A stretch of 64,000 nucleotides of DNA, taken from positions 31,558,001-31,622,000 of the forward strand of contig NW_026262701.1 in assembly GCF_021869535.1 (NCBI RefSeq), written 5' to 3'. The position numbers and the translations under genes were made by a program. The DNA is from Mytilus californianus (taxonomy: Eukaryota). The notes below the pieces were generated by a model. The model was not told where the DNA came from. It did not search any database and saw only the letters and a list, made by a program, of their open reading frames with translations. Shown here one piece after another: positions 38,054-51,628 of the stretch; position 1 is the first letter of the stretch; the number at the start of each line of letters is the position of its first letter.

Positions 38054-40874
38054 ACTTAATCAAGTTATTTTTTTGTTGTTGAAGGCAGAAGGGGACAAGA
38101 ATTGTATGATCCTACGTCATTTGCATGATTCTGATTCAGATGGTGATTTCGATAAATTGTTAAACGGGTTGAAATCTGCCCAACCGAATGTGGCAAACAG
38201 AATTACTTCGGTTAAAAATCAACTCAAGTTGTCTAGAAAACAGAAAACACGGACGCCGAGGATAACTTTGCTAGTGACTTTGATCCAGATATGAAGATAT
38301 ATCAGTAGCAAAATCAGGAAGTTAATTAAATAAGCTCATGGTCAAGTTTTGTTCTATTATTCTACATACAAAATAGCATATTGTATATACAAAGTATTAA
38401 GCTTAAGCTTTTATGTTCACAAGAGGGATTGCAATCTATGTTTTAAAAATTAATTTGAAATTTAAGTCCCATATTGAATCTTGTGCACTGTATTACAAAA
38501 AGAAATTATTAAAAAAGTGTGCATCTTTTAAGACCGTATCAGGTATCCGGCTGAAGAACTAGCCCGTTCAGATTCATTTACAAACAGTGTGATTGCTATG
38601 TTATATTCAACATTTTGGTACTTATTGCTCATAAAAACACACTTCAGCAGTATTAAAATTTCTTTGTTATCTAAACTGATTGAATTATAGGAGAGGTTAG
38701 TACATTCAAACAAAAATGATTAGTTAACACTAAATCGTTGTGAAACGCATAAATATCTCAATTTCTTTAATTACTTTACCCCCACACAAATACGATACGT
38801 ATACACTGAGGATAGTGTTTTAAACCGTACATGAGACCATCTGTCCTTCAACAATTCCTTGTTCTCGCAATGAGAGTGTCTTAAGTTTTGTGAAATCCCC
38901 TTCAAAATTGAATGACGATTATCACTCATTTAAACGGACTGGCATGGCAATACAGATATTGTTTGACTCATATTTGCTGTTCTAAATTCGGAAATCATTT
39001 TGAATTCAGGAAAATATATTATCAGCCTCATGCACAACTATGATTCTTTGTTCGGATTAAGTTTTACTGTATGTCCTTTTTTGTTTAATTAGCTCTTCAA
39101 CGTGTGCATATGTTTTCTTTTTCGATTATTATAGCCTCCAGCCTCACTGCATAATTATTTATTGTCAAAATGCGCATATGATGCAGTAAAATTGTTACCG
39201 ATAACCAATGAACCTGTAATTAATGGCCATATTTTGCAAGGTAGCCTATACAGATATCCCCTATTTTTGTCGCCAAGATTGTATCTCCAAATTTCTTGTA
39301 CTAGCTTCAAATTTGTATGAAAGTTGCCTCTTGTCAAACTCTTGGATGTGTTCGACTCTAGGTTCATAAAAAGGGAACCATTGTTTAATAAAATAGTATA
39401 ACAACTACCGAACTCCAAAGTAATTTAAAAAAAGGGGGAAGTCCATAAAAATGGACAAAATCAAAAGTTAACAATCAACGGAACAACTTAAACACAACTG
39501 TTATATTTCTGACATGGAAAACGGGGGATTTGGGAAAATATTTGATTTCAATTATTGTCGCAAAAATATCATCCTCATAATTTAGCAAACCCCTTCAATA
39601 TTGCATATTGGTATACATATCCATTTAAGCTCTTATCGCCATATGGCTTGGCATCTTTAATTTTTAATCAGATCCTCGACAAATGTGTATGAAGGATTTC
39701 ATTGATTAAAAAAGTTCATATTACTTGTTATCCATAAAGCCAAGATTAGATTCCTTTCAATTTTGGTTGAAGATTTCTTCTCATCATATCATTGGATGAT
39801 TTGTAAAAACAGAATAAATTTGAAATGGAATTTCTCTTAGTATTTCATTTACAGAAGAACAAGAACCTAACTAGCAGTTCACTCACAAACTTATAGTTCA
39901 TTTCATTTCATTTCAGATCAGATCAATGACATATGAAAAATCTCATTAACTTATGTATATGGATATATATATAAAAGGAATATACCACACAGTCCAGTTC
40001 AAAAGAAGCGAAAAGAGGGAAATATTATGAATTAACAGTAGACAGAAATTGCTTAGTCTATTTTTTGGGGGCAGGGATGCCCACACAATCACTGAAAAAA
40101 TATATAAATACCAGTTGTAAATCTTCATATTCTGTACAAGAATGTTTGTAAGTTTGGTTGAGTTATGTCAATCTGTTTTCAAGGAGTTGCGAATTAAACG
40201 AGAGTGACACGAAGACGCAATTTTTTTTTAATATTTCGGATTTAAGTGTAGGGAGAGACGAAATATCATATTGTAAGAGATACGATGGAGCATGTTTTGC
40301 TAATGATATTCTTTAGAGATGAAGCTAACGCGATCTTTCTATTCACTGATATACAAAACGTCAGGTTATATTCCTGTGAAGTAATAAAGTATTTATGTCT
40401 TGACGTCACAATTCTAAAATCAGAGAAAAGCAGGAAAATTGGACTTCATTATCAAATTTTGACCAGTTGAATATAAATCAAGTGATTAACACATTAATTA
40501 GAAAAATATAGTCATGACTCAAAGATGCATTTAGATGATAGAGATTGCCTCTGAAGGTGAATGTTGTGTATGCTACAATTATTCAGTATGTATGATATTT
40601 TTAGGTTGAAAAGATAATAACGTCTCATCATGATGCAAAATTGGAATTAGAAGCGCATCAGTTCATCAAACCATACCTGCCTGGAAAAGGTATAAGTATA
40701 ACTTGATGAACATGGCCGTTATGTAATATCATCGTGTTATGCAATAAACTTTACTACTTTGTATTTTTTAATAGGGATCTAATCTGTGTTGGTAATTAAT
40801 TACACTAATCATTCTGTCGTATACATGTTTAAATATCCGCCATCAAATACCAAAGAAAAGCCTATAACGTTCTA

Positions 40875-41501
40875 ACGTCAGAGTACCCAAATTGCACCGA
40901 GTACCCAAATTTCACCTATTCAGCAAAAATAGCAGCGGGAATCTTACAAGTTTCCCTTGAGACTAAACAATTTGTATTTTCATGATTTGACATTATACAC
41001 GTCTTTCAACATAGGTAGGCTATATTTGAATATACACAAAACGTTCACAGTATCTTTCAATAGATGATGTATTCACGAGAAAAAGTAAAATCTACGGAAC
41101 GTCGCCATGGTCCACAAATAGTCATCCTTTAAAAATGGGCAAATAAAATATGTTACAAGCATCCATTTCTTTAAATATGAAAAGTAAACATGGACTACTG
41201 TCAAATTGTTCTAAATATTTGAAGAAATAAAACAAAACATCTGTTATTCGATTTTTAAGGATGTGAATTTAAGCATGGATGCAATTTGTGTACTCCTCAT
41301 TACAGAGTCATGGGTCGTTTGGAGGTTGGTTCAAACCCATTTTTCTATGATTCAAGATGGATTCAAAATTAAATTAGTGTAACTATATAGTAAATAAGGA
41401 TACATCTACAAAATAAACACAGAATGGAAACTTTTGTCTGGATCATAAATAAACGTAGGTGAAAAAAAGTCAAAATAGGTGCAATTTGGGTACCCTCACG
41501 T
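40875..41501. mobile_element. MITE with ~25-bp TIRs (Tc1/mariner-pogo-like)
   Basis: ACGTCAGAGTACCCAAATTGCACC matches the reverse complement of GGTGCAATTTGGGTACCCTCACGT; TA-like flanks. Confidence 0.7.
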
Positions 41502-41869
41502 AATATGATAAACAAAAGAGGCATTAAAGTCGAAAGCAACTTATGTTTACAACTTTTTAAACGCTCAATGACTTAATTCACTGTGTTTAAAATACTGAAG
41601 TGTTTTGTTTTTTATTAAATATGTATGGACTTTAAGGCTATAGTCGACAGATAGTCTTTGTAATTACCAATAACATATGTTGTTATAAATCAAAATATGG
41701 TATTATCTTAATATTATTTTATGCTATTTCCAACGACGTAACAGCATAATACACATTGAAATGACAATATAATGATCAATTTTTTAACTCGGTTTTCATA
41801 CAAATATAATCATAGTAGAAGGTATCTTTTTATTTTTCACTATGAACGTATTTTTTAATGAATTTGTTG

Positions 41870-42150
41870 GAATATTTTCCAACGATACCTTAGAGAGAAT
41901 GTCATTTGCAATAGCTGGTGAGTGGGAATCTATGGCGAAGAGACTTGGTTTTACCAATGATGAAATAAATCAAATCAAAGATAGTCAACCGGGAGCAGTC
42001 AGACAGACACTAAAAATGTTAGATTTATGGCGACTGTCAGATAGCGCGATAGCCTCAGGAACAGATCTTGTGAAAACTTTCCATGAAACAGCAAAATCAG
42101 CGCAGTGTGGAGCAAAATTGCTAACCTGTATCTCTAAACATGCAAACTGA
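41870..42150 (+). pseudogene. Copy 2 exon O (death domain 2)
   Basis: Open frame homologous to 9417-9694, but preceded by ...GTTG instead of ...AG. Confidence 0.88.
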
Positions 42151-42829
42151 GCGTGCCTGAAATACGCATGAAATCTTATTCATAACATGTTAACTGAGTG
42201 ATGACGTTTATAATTATATTAATAAAAAAAGAATGTAGTATATAATTTCAAACATATGCAAACATATGTTAACTGTTTTATAATCTTTTTTTAAGTATAA
42301 ATGTGTATTGCTGTATATGTAGTGACAGCAATAACAGACGTTTACAATAAATTAGTTTAAAAAAGTGATTAGCAAAAACATCCAACAGATAATACGTATT
42401 CTCTTATGACTGTCGCCTGTTGACTGTATCTCGCACGAAGAGATATTTCTATTATTATACTGCAAAGGGTGTGATACGAGTAAGTGATACGAAAAATATT
42501 TGAATTTGATTGGTTTAGCAAGCAATGTCCGCAATGCAAATCCACGCTCGGTCTCTTGTCACAATCGTGATTAGGTCACACTTGTAACATTACACGACTT
42601 TTCTGTTAGTTTAACATCAAAGACTGCAAAAACGTATCGTAGACGAAACGCGCGTCTGGCGCAAATACAAAATTTCAATCCTGGTATCTATGATGAGTTA
42701 TTCGTAAGTGAGTTGAGTTGAAATAGATCGTATTGGTCAACCAATGCGAGTCCGTAAACTTATGCATTGTCGATTTCAGTTGTTTTTTTTCAGTAGTTTT
42801 ACTTTGTGTAAATGTGTAAGAAGCACACC

Positions 42830-43125
42830 CTGCTTAAGAAGTTCATATAGTGAGAACTCTCAAGTATCAATTGAGATAATATGTGCCAAAAGATTGGACA
42901 GAGCGTATGTTACAGGAAAGTTAACGATTTGAAAGTTGAATTCATCATTTTTGTTATAGATTCTAGCTTTACGTCGTTCATTGGTGTCAATATCGAGAAA
43001 CAAATTAAGATAGGAAGCAATCAAACTATTTTCAGTAGTATCGTTAATTGCAAATTCCTTAAGATATATAGGTATCTCACTGCAATAAAGATTATTGAGT
43101 GATATGAAATCATCGATGTATCTTA
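42830..43125 (-). mobile_element. Decayed Penelope-like RT fragment
   Basis: RYIDDFISLNN...ASYLNLFLDID...IYNKNDEFNFQIVNFP. Confidence 0.8.
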
Positions 43126-45756
43126 AAGTAAGGGTGTACAATTGGTACTCATTGAAATACCTTATGTGTGTTAAAATATCAATTCAACAAACCCCACAAA
43201 TAGTTTGTCGATCAAAAAGGCCATCATTTTGATGATATCATCCGCGGTGTATATGTTTTTGGAACATGTGCAGTTCACCACAAAATAATCTATGATTCCC
43301 ATTCTTATAGAAAAAGCTCTTGTTTAATTGGACAATGTGCTCGATCTTTACATTAAGCATAGATGGGGGAAATCAAAAATTCTGATATTACTGCAATATT
43401 TCACCGGTTTTTGGTAAAATTGGTGATCTAGGGGAAATAACTGCCTTAAAAAGTCATCTCCAAATTTCATTAATTGAGATTTATAATAGGATTTCTTTTT
43501 CCTTACTATTCTTAGTATGTTTATAAAATTTAACAGACGTGAACTAACGATGGACGCTTATTAATGACAATAGGTTACACTGGTTCAACTGGTCCCTTGG
43601 GGACAGGAGAATACCAGCTTTATGCGTTAACAGGGCCATTGATAATAAACATGCATCCAGATCGATATGTGTCTTCCAAGAACTATAAGATGTTTAAACA
43701 ATGTAATGATTTGCATGTCCAATAAAATTCTTAAAAAAATAAATGACTAAATAATAAAAAAAAGAGAGGCGAAATATACCAAAGGGACATTCAAATTCAT
43801 AATTCAAAAAATAATATGATTACGTCATGGCAAATAAAGGAAAAGACCAAAAGACATGAACTTTCGGCCCAAAAAAGACCTATTAAGGCTGATTGCAGGA
43901 TTTTTTCGAAGCAGCAGCTGGTTTCTTTTCTTTTTTTCAATGCACGTGATTCCTTCAATTTTTGTTAGTTACCTTTACTTGTCTTCTTAATCGATTTATG
44001 AGATTTGAACATCGACAAACTACTGTTGTCTCTTATATAAATGCTTCTACATTTAAAAAGCTAGGTCCCTTTTTAGGCTTTAATCCCCACTATAACCAAA
44101 TGTTTCTCTTCAAAGAATATTTGGTATTTATGGATAAGTGTATATTGAGATTCTTTTGCACAGTACTCTCGAATTCTAGAAAAATGAACAGTGAATAAAC
44201 AATGAAAACATTATGCTTTTCACAAAGCCTGGTTTAACTTCGTCGTAACCTATACTAATGTAAACCGTAATGTTAACGAATACATTTTTGAAGCGATATT
44301 TCAAACAAATTTGGTAAATAATTCAAATAGAAAGATACCTTCTTTCAAATTGCAAACTTTATCACTTTTTAAATATAGATTTGACAAGCTAGATTATATC
44401 TTCTTGTTGAGAATTGACGTTTTCAATGTATGATCTAGTTGATTTGATGAGTTAAGAGCTTCGCGTTTTACTGTTATCAATGTTATTTTTGATGGAAAAG
44501 AAAACAATGATTCCCTCTTAAAAGACGATATTGAAAAAAATGAGATGTGGTTTAATTGCCATTGAGACAACTATCCATAAAGATCAAATGACCAGCAATA
44601 CACACAAAACACACAAACAAGATGTGATAAGCATGGTAAATACGTGCATTTTAAATGCACGTCATTATTTGTAAACTCAAGTATTCAGAACTGAAAGTTT
44701 TCTATAAAAAAAATTCATAACGTATTTACCTACTAACAACACAATTTGTTGACTGGCGTAAGCATTTTTGCATGTAGCAAGTCAGGAATATGACAGTTAT
44801 TTTTCGCTAGTTTCGTTGATTGAAAACATTTGACTTTGTCAGTTTTTATGGGCTTCCTCTTTTGAATTTAACTGGGAGTTCGGTATTTTTGTTATACTTT
44901 TTTGAGAAGCTTTCAAAAGTAACATGTCAACTTGTTTTTACAAATTGATCAATAAAAATGCTAACTTCCTCATCACGGCATTGTACTTTAGGGACAATTC
45001 CAATGCTCGCGATCGTCTATTCCTTTTATGCAACGCCTATAATGTTGAAGTCATGAAATCTCAGAATTAAATACTAATGCATAATATACAATGTTTGGAT
45101 GCACAGCCCGTTCTATTTCTATGAATTTAGCGTATCCGCCGCTTAAAATCGGTTATGTGAAGTGTTTGAAAAATATATGACAATTATAATTTTTGACAAA
45201 ATATGTAATTCATGTAAGGAAAGAACATATTTATTTGTATTGTGTGAATGAAATGGTCCATTTATCCCTGAATACACTGTACGCATGTTTTTTTTTTATC
45301 TGAATTTACCTCATGATCTTAATGAATATCTGACCAAATAATCGTTAGAAACGCGATACATCAATACGATAATAGCATTTGATTATTCCCCGTGAACTGG
45401 ATATTTTTTCTTAAAGTATGTTTGTCTAAGATATCTGTGATTTAAACGTTACTATTGGATTTTCAATTAATTGTCATCATAAAGGTATGTTGATAAATTA
45501 TTTGCTTTCAATGAATGGAACAAGACATTTAAACGAGGAAGTCTAAAAAAATTAAAAGAGTGCAAAATAAAAACAAAAGAAAATTCCAGATTACTTGAAT
45601 TTTTATTGAAAACACACAAAGTGCCCTTCATGATCAGTAAATAGGTGATAATGTCCCCACAAAGGGATAGGTATGGCAACCCAACGACAAAAAAATAACC
45701 AATATACATCAAGAAGACAACAAACTGTCGTCAACAATTGACTGGTGATTGCTGGC

Positions 45757-45788
<32 letters not shown>

Positions 45789-48138
45789 CTAATGTTAAAT
45801 ATTTATTTTAAAACGAAAACTTTGTTTGCAACAGGAATAGTTTACAAATAGCTGGTAACAGTTCTTTTTCAGAAACACAACTGCCATTGGGTATTTTTTT
45901 TAATGAAAATCATACCCAAAAAAGAAAATTATTCATTAGATAAGTTTGTTGAATTAGCTTCATCCCACAAGTAAATGGTGTTGCAAGATACCGGTAAACA
46001 TGTTTTGAGGTCGTATACATAAGATTTTCATTTACCACCAGGTTGAAATTATTGAATTTATTACCGTCTTATTCAAACAATTTAGAGAGGTAATGTGTAT
46101 TGCTTTTATCTTTTAAAACATTAAATGATCTATATTTGAAAAGAGTATTGAATAAATAAGGCATAATAAATCAAATACAAAATCATTGAGATGTTGAAGG
46201 ACTCCAAAGTATGGTTTAGTGCACAACGTCTTTCTTTTTTAATACAATAGCCGGGAACTTTTGTTAATAGTTCTGATTTATAGATTCAGCAAATATTTAA
46301 AAAAAATTGTCCACTGTCAAATTTTTGGCATGTGAAATAAAGCAAGTAAAACTGAAATTTATAGATACATGCACGTATCCTGATAATGCCGATCAAGTAT
46401 AGAACGCGATTGAAATAAGGTAAGAGTGTTTAACAATATTGTAATGTAATACAATGATTGACGATTATACCAACTGGACAGTTCTTTATTCATGTTGTTT
46501 TTCCTGATTACGATTTTTGTCACACAAAACAATAACGGTAGTTTAACAGAATTCGGAAAATTTGTTTCTTGACTGTTACGACAATATTCTTTCGTTTCAA
46601 TTTCAAAACAAAATATAGAACTGAATTTGAGAGGGGCATTAGCTGCAAAACATATTACCACCGAATCGATTCAAACTCTTAAAGTTCTATGAATACATAC
46701 TAAAATGTTATTCGGAACTACAAAAGTTTCATAATAAACAATGCATAAAGTATCAACGTTTCGTGTGTATTCTTGCATGGACACAATCAAATTCGTCATC
46801 GACTTGACCAGCGAAAAATAACGATGGGCATATGTGACCGTTTTTAAAATTATAAATATAAACAGACAGTAAACATAAAAGCAAACCTACAGGTGAGCAA
46901 TTTCAGCACCATTATGTCGATTTTCTTATTTCTGTAGGATCTCATTTCACCGATAAAATCATCCAAATGAAAGGTAAGTCATTTATTCATAACCTGTATA
47001 AGACTGATATTTTTTTGCGAGTCGAATCAATCAGCAAAATGGGTCTTCCTGATGTGGTGTTCACGGTTTTTTTTATTTTAACCAAAATCCGTCTCGATCA
47101 CTGGACAATCTAAGCAAATGAGAAGCTTAGAGTTAGATTTAAGGTTGCATGAATACGGACCAAAATGAGGTCATGTATGGTTTACAAGACAATACATTGT
47201 AATATATCGTTGTTTTACAAAATTTCACAAATTTAGTTATTGCTAATAGCAAATTACTATTTCAATATTCCTTTATTTTCATATTTTGATTTTGTTGTCT
47301 AAATCGTGGCTAATGTTCCTTGATCAATATGGAATATGCTATTTTTCAGATTCTACCAGAAACTTATTTCATTATTGAAGATAATTACAACAAAATATAA
47401 GTACATTTTTTTCACTGGTCAAATCTTTATCTTTCAAAACATTCTTATAAACTGCCACGCCATGAATACATTCAACGCCGATCTCCGTTTTGTTTTTTAG
47501 CATGAACGTTTCATAACTGTTACTCTAAATACAGAAACAACAGAAAAAACAACGTGACTGTCCAAAGTCATGATCATCTGCAGTGGCTGTTGTTTTATAT
47601 ATATACCTTTAAATAGTATATGCAGACGTGTCTATCTGTAAATGTGAAGAACTATAAGGTTGAGCTGTAGCTGTCTTTTTTGTGTATCGTATAAGAGAAA
47701 AAACAAAGGATATGGGGTATCCATTCATGACACAAAATCAGTACATGCACAGCAAAAAACACACAAAAAGCTAAGGAACAGCACTTTTATTGATTTTCTT
47801 CATCTCAAAGTCAAAGTGAGGCCTTTAACACCGGGTAAACAAACTCTCACACAATTTTAAGACAGCCTTTAGCATCGGGTTCAGCGGGATTCTTTGCAAA
47901 ATAATTCGGTTGACTTTGTATGATGTAACACCACGAAATCTAGCATGGTGAAAAAGAACATACCGGAAAGCAGTACATATTTACGTATGTCTACGTGTTT
48001 GTCTCATTGACGTGGTCATCTCTTTTCCGTCAGAGTAACTCGGTTAACATAATGTTACTTTATATAACTCTGTAATTATAAGAGTTACTTTATAAAGTAT
48101 TGATCCAATATAATTAACACTATTTGAACAGTACAAAA

Positions 48139-48409
48139 ATGGTTGACATCGAGGCATTACACTTATTACGTCAGCGAAAAGCGGCGCTAACAAAATTACC
48201 AAACCCAGCCAACCCAAACATATCATTTGAGAAATATGAAAAAGCCGTATCCAGAACGATGACGAGGACACATACAGAAATTGAAAAAGTATCAAAATAT
48301 GCCAAAGAGATCTTAGAAGAACTCGAGAATGTCAGAGAAGTGGTTAAAAACTGCAGCGTCAAAATTGGTGAACAATTGCAAGTGTTTATGAAAAGGAACA
48401 TGTTAAAAA
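48139..48409 (+). CDS. Copy 3 exon A (start ATG; predicted helical/coiled-coil segment)
   Basis: MVDIEALHLLRQRK...EIEKVSKYAKEILEELENVREVVKN; |gtacgt donor, phase 1 fits exon B. No homologue in the window to confirm it. Confidence 0.65.
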
Positions 48410-49724
48410 GTACGTACTATGTATTGTATGTTCCTAAACACACATAAGTTATCGAAAATCATTTAGATATTCGGGCGTGACTGGATTGTAAGGTTCATGA
48501 ATGAAAAGAAAACTTTACTTATGGTGCATCAGCTTATGTTGAAATTAATAGTAGTATGATGTTGCCGTAAAATAAATTACTTTAATTTCCTAGAAATTGT
48601 CGATTCAAAACAGATATCAACAGGAGCAATATGTTATTTGACTGTTTGTGATATGTACGTTTCATTAAATTTGAGATTATGGTTGAAATAATAATTGGTT
48701 TCCTTACTTCAAGTCTTATTTTTTTAATGTAGTTATTTTTGATAAAAAGCAAAGTTGTTAATACATGGAATTGGTGTTAATAATTGTTCCCTTTTGATCA
48801 TATATGTCTTCATATGATTCGGTACTTATATATATCATTGGATTCACATATTTCGTTTTGAACGTTTGTGATGACGGGTAAGTCACGAGTGTTATTTCCT
48901 TTATTTACATTATTTTGGTTACCGATTTTTGAACGTCACCACAATTCAAAAACAATTCTAAACTTATTGAAAGACACATCACTAAAAACGATTAAAGTAA
49001 ATGTCACGTTGATTTTAAAGAGACAACACCTTTCCCTGATTCTTTTAATAAACAAACTATTTCTCTACAATACTGCAATCAATGCACGACAAAAGAACAA
49101 TTTAGAGTTTTTTTAATGAATGAGTTACACTTTGCTAATTGGACATCAATGACGTCATTGAACTGGTGACCCGTACTTTGACGTAATAACATATGCAGTA
49201 TGACATCGTAAATGTACGGGGAAATGAACGAAAGAGAAAGTCGTCTATTTACTTAAACTAACAGACGACTACATAAACATGATCAATAAAAAAAAAGAAT
49301 GTAAGGAATTTATAACTTTCTCGTTTCTTAATCTGATTTCATTCATTTAATCATTAGTGTTTCTGACATATTGTTATTTTGGAAGACGACAAAAAGACAC
49401 AATATAAGAGAGACAAATACAGTAAGCAATTTCCGAGTACTGAACATGCTGAAAAAGAAATCACGTTATCTCACACTCTGTTAAAAGTTGTTGAAATCTG
49501 AGACTAGTTTATTCATCAACAACATGGATAGTGCATGCAGAAGCGATATTGGTCAATGCTTAGAAAACAATTGTGTATACAGAATTTCGAACAGAAATGA
49601 AATAAAAGAATCATGTTTTTAAAACTTAGTCGTCTTACGATCTATAATGATATCGATACAAATACAAAATGCAACAATCTCTCATTAACATAACATAACT
49701 TTTATAAAGAAGTCTACTAAATAA

Positions 49725-50497
49725 AACAAAAAAGCGTTGAACAGTCACCCGCGTTGGACATATTTTATCTGTTCAGGGGAAATAATTCAAAAAAATATTC
49801 GTTTTACATTTTGATGAATATCTTACAAGAAATGTAGGCATGAGATCACAAACATTGTAATTTTCTATTTCCAAGTGGAATAAATCCAGTAAAAAAATTG
49901 GTCGGTACTCTTCAAAGACCCCAGAAATGTAGGTGTGAGAGTACTTATAATGCAATGTTCAATATAAATAACATTTCGAAGAGACAGAACTCCTTTCAAA
50001 ATAATATTTATATAGATGATTTTTAACTCACCCAAGACATTACTAATATAAGCCTATGATATCAATTTAAGAAATATCTGTCAAGAATTGTACACTTGGG
50101 AGAGCTTGCAATGCACATTTCTATAGATTTTACACTTTTATAAGGGACATAACTCCTGAACAAATAATAGATACGCGCTGATTTTTGAACTCGTCCAAGA
50201 AATTGCTGATATAAACCGACATTAATTGCATAACAATCCAACAAGAAATATAAGCTTGAGAGTACTTACAATGCAATTTTCTATGTACAAATATTTCCTA
50301 GAGGTATAACTCTTTTGAAAATACTTGGTCGACACTGCTAATATAAATTTATGATATAATTTTTTATAAAAATCTGATAAAAAATGAAGACGAGAGTTTT
50401 CTTACAAGACCAGACAGACGTACACACTAACGCACAGACTGATGGACGGCCGGTAATTTTATATCTTACGCAACGCGTCGCGCGGGGGACAAAAAAA
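49725..50497 (-). mobile_element. Decayed HINE-like element with ~160-bp core
   Basis: Minus-strand 5' end TTTTTGTCCCCCGCG with GTCY-like microsatellite, matching CGCGGGTGAC near the 3' end; degenerate GAGAGTACTT(A/C)CAATGCA repeats. Confidence 0.6.
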
Positions 50498-50660
50498 GCA
50501 TGTTATTTTCTTCATATTCAGATATGGAGAGAAAAATATTATTCTTGTCTTAATTTTATTATCCCACAATCTTATAATAAAATCTATTTTACATAGTTTT
50601 TAAATGTGTACCCCATGATGTAATGGTTTTTAGTTGTAGATATGTTACGTTCTTTTGCAG

Positions 50661-50712
50661 ATGAGTTATCACCACAACATGTACACGGACATGTAGGAAT
50701 GTCGCCGACTAG
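50661..50712 (+). CDS. Copy 3 exon B (52 nt)
   Basis: tcttttgcag| and |gtaatt; the phase 1 to 2 change bridges A and C in frame. Confidence 0.6.
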
Positions 50713-51628
50713 GTAATTGAAATTATTTAATGTAGTTTATCTACCGAATGAATTACAGTAAATGTTATCAATGTACAAACAATCTGACAGTAAGGCAAGA
50801 TTTAAATTCATTTCGTTAAATAAATGCATCGGAGAAAACTACACTGAGACACTAATGTTAAGGAATTGACCAGCCAAAACAACAGAAACACGTTGCAGTT
50901 TGTTTTGTTTTATTTTAATAATTCAAACGAACTTTTGTTTAACTCGAAGAACAATTGTTTGTTAAAAATACAAAACAAATCGCACATTTATTAAGGCTGT
51001 CTAATTGAAAGTATTAAATCATAACTAACAAGGGACGGTTAAAACTCATTTGAAGTCAAATGCGGGCTTTGGTTGGATTTGTATTGCTCAGTTCTTTGGA
51101 TTATATGTTGTGTTTTGAGGACTTTTGCTTTTATTGTTTATATGTTTTCCTTCTGTCAGAGTGTTCTTTATCTTTCTTTTGCCACGTATAGCTCTTTTTA
51201 ACCCCTTGATATTTTTTACCTATGTTTTATAATATATTGGAGAAAAGACCACTCTTCACCTTTCTTTTCAATTCGGTTTTAACCTAAGAATTGTAATCCA
51301 CCATGCATCATACTTCCTGCATCTTTTCGTGATTTAATACTAAAATCAGGCTTGCAAATAAAAGTCACAGTATTCATATACAAATACATAAAAACAAAAC
51401 AAAAGGTGAAATACTCCTATGTCAGTCCTTTCTTTCGTTTTTGTTCTCCTTATCTTTCTTGTCTGGTCAAATACTATTGTCATCTGTGGTTATTGTGCCT
51501 TTAATGTTTGTTTGAGAAATAAACTGCTATACATAAAAACTCAGGCAACTTGTAGTAATTAGCAAAAATGTATCTTTAATTGCAAATGTTAGGTAAAATT
51601 CTTTGTATGTTTTGGATATTTTCTCTAG

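Larger units (their letters stand above)
27616..42150 (+). pseudogene. Copy 2: disabled paralogue (possibly two copies joined across a gap)
   Basis: Recognisable exons: C 27616-28469, D 28795-~29000, E 29220-29351, F 31621-31795, G 37679-37839, hybrid G/I 38085-38288, N 40605-40689, O 41870-42150. Lesions: TGG>TGA at 27827, TAA at 28805, -4/+4 indels in D, 20-nt deletion in F, 7-nt insertion and AG>AA acceptor in G, 1-nt deletion and GT>AT donor in I, AG>TG acceptor of O. Exons A, B, H and J-M were not found by eye. Confidence 0.88.

Noticed and set aside
37710-38294. 194-aa ORF
   Set aside because: It is an artefact running through the N gap and joining frameshifted exon pieces.
38800-39010. 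Possible inverted remnant of the UPA exon (LREQGIVEG on the minus strand versus LDALGYTDG)
   Set aside because: Spacing is similar but there is no nucleotide-level similarity, unlike the other paralogous exons; likely chance.
40385-40470. KYLCL…HYQIL resembling DD1 exon M (KWVCL…YHQIL)
   Set aside because: The match is short and gapped, and there is no room for the rest of the exon plus an intron before exon N at 40605.
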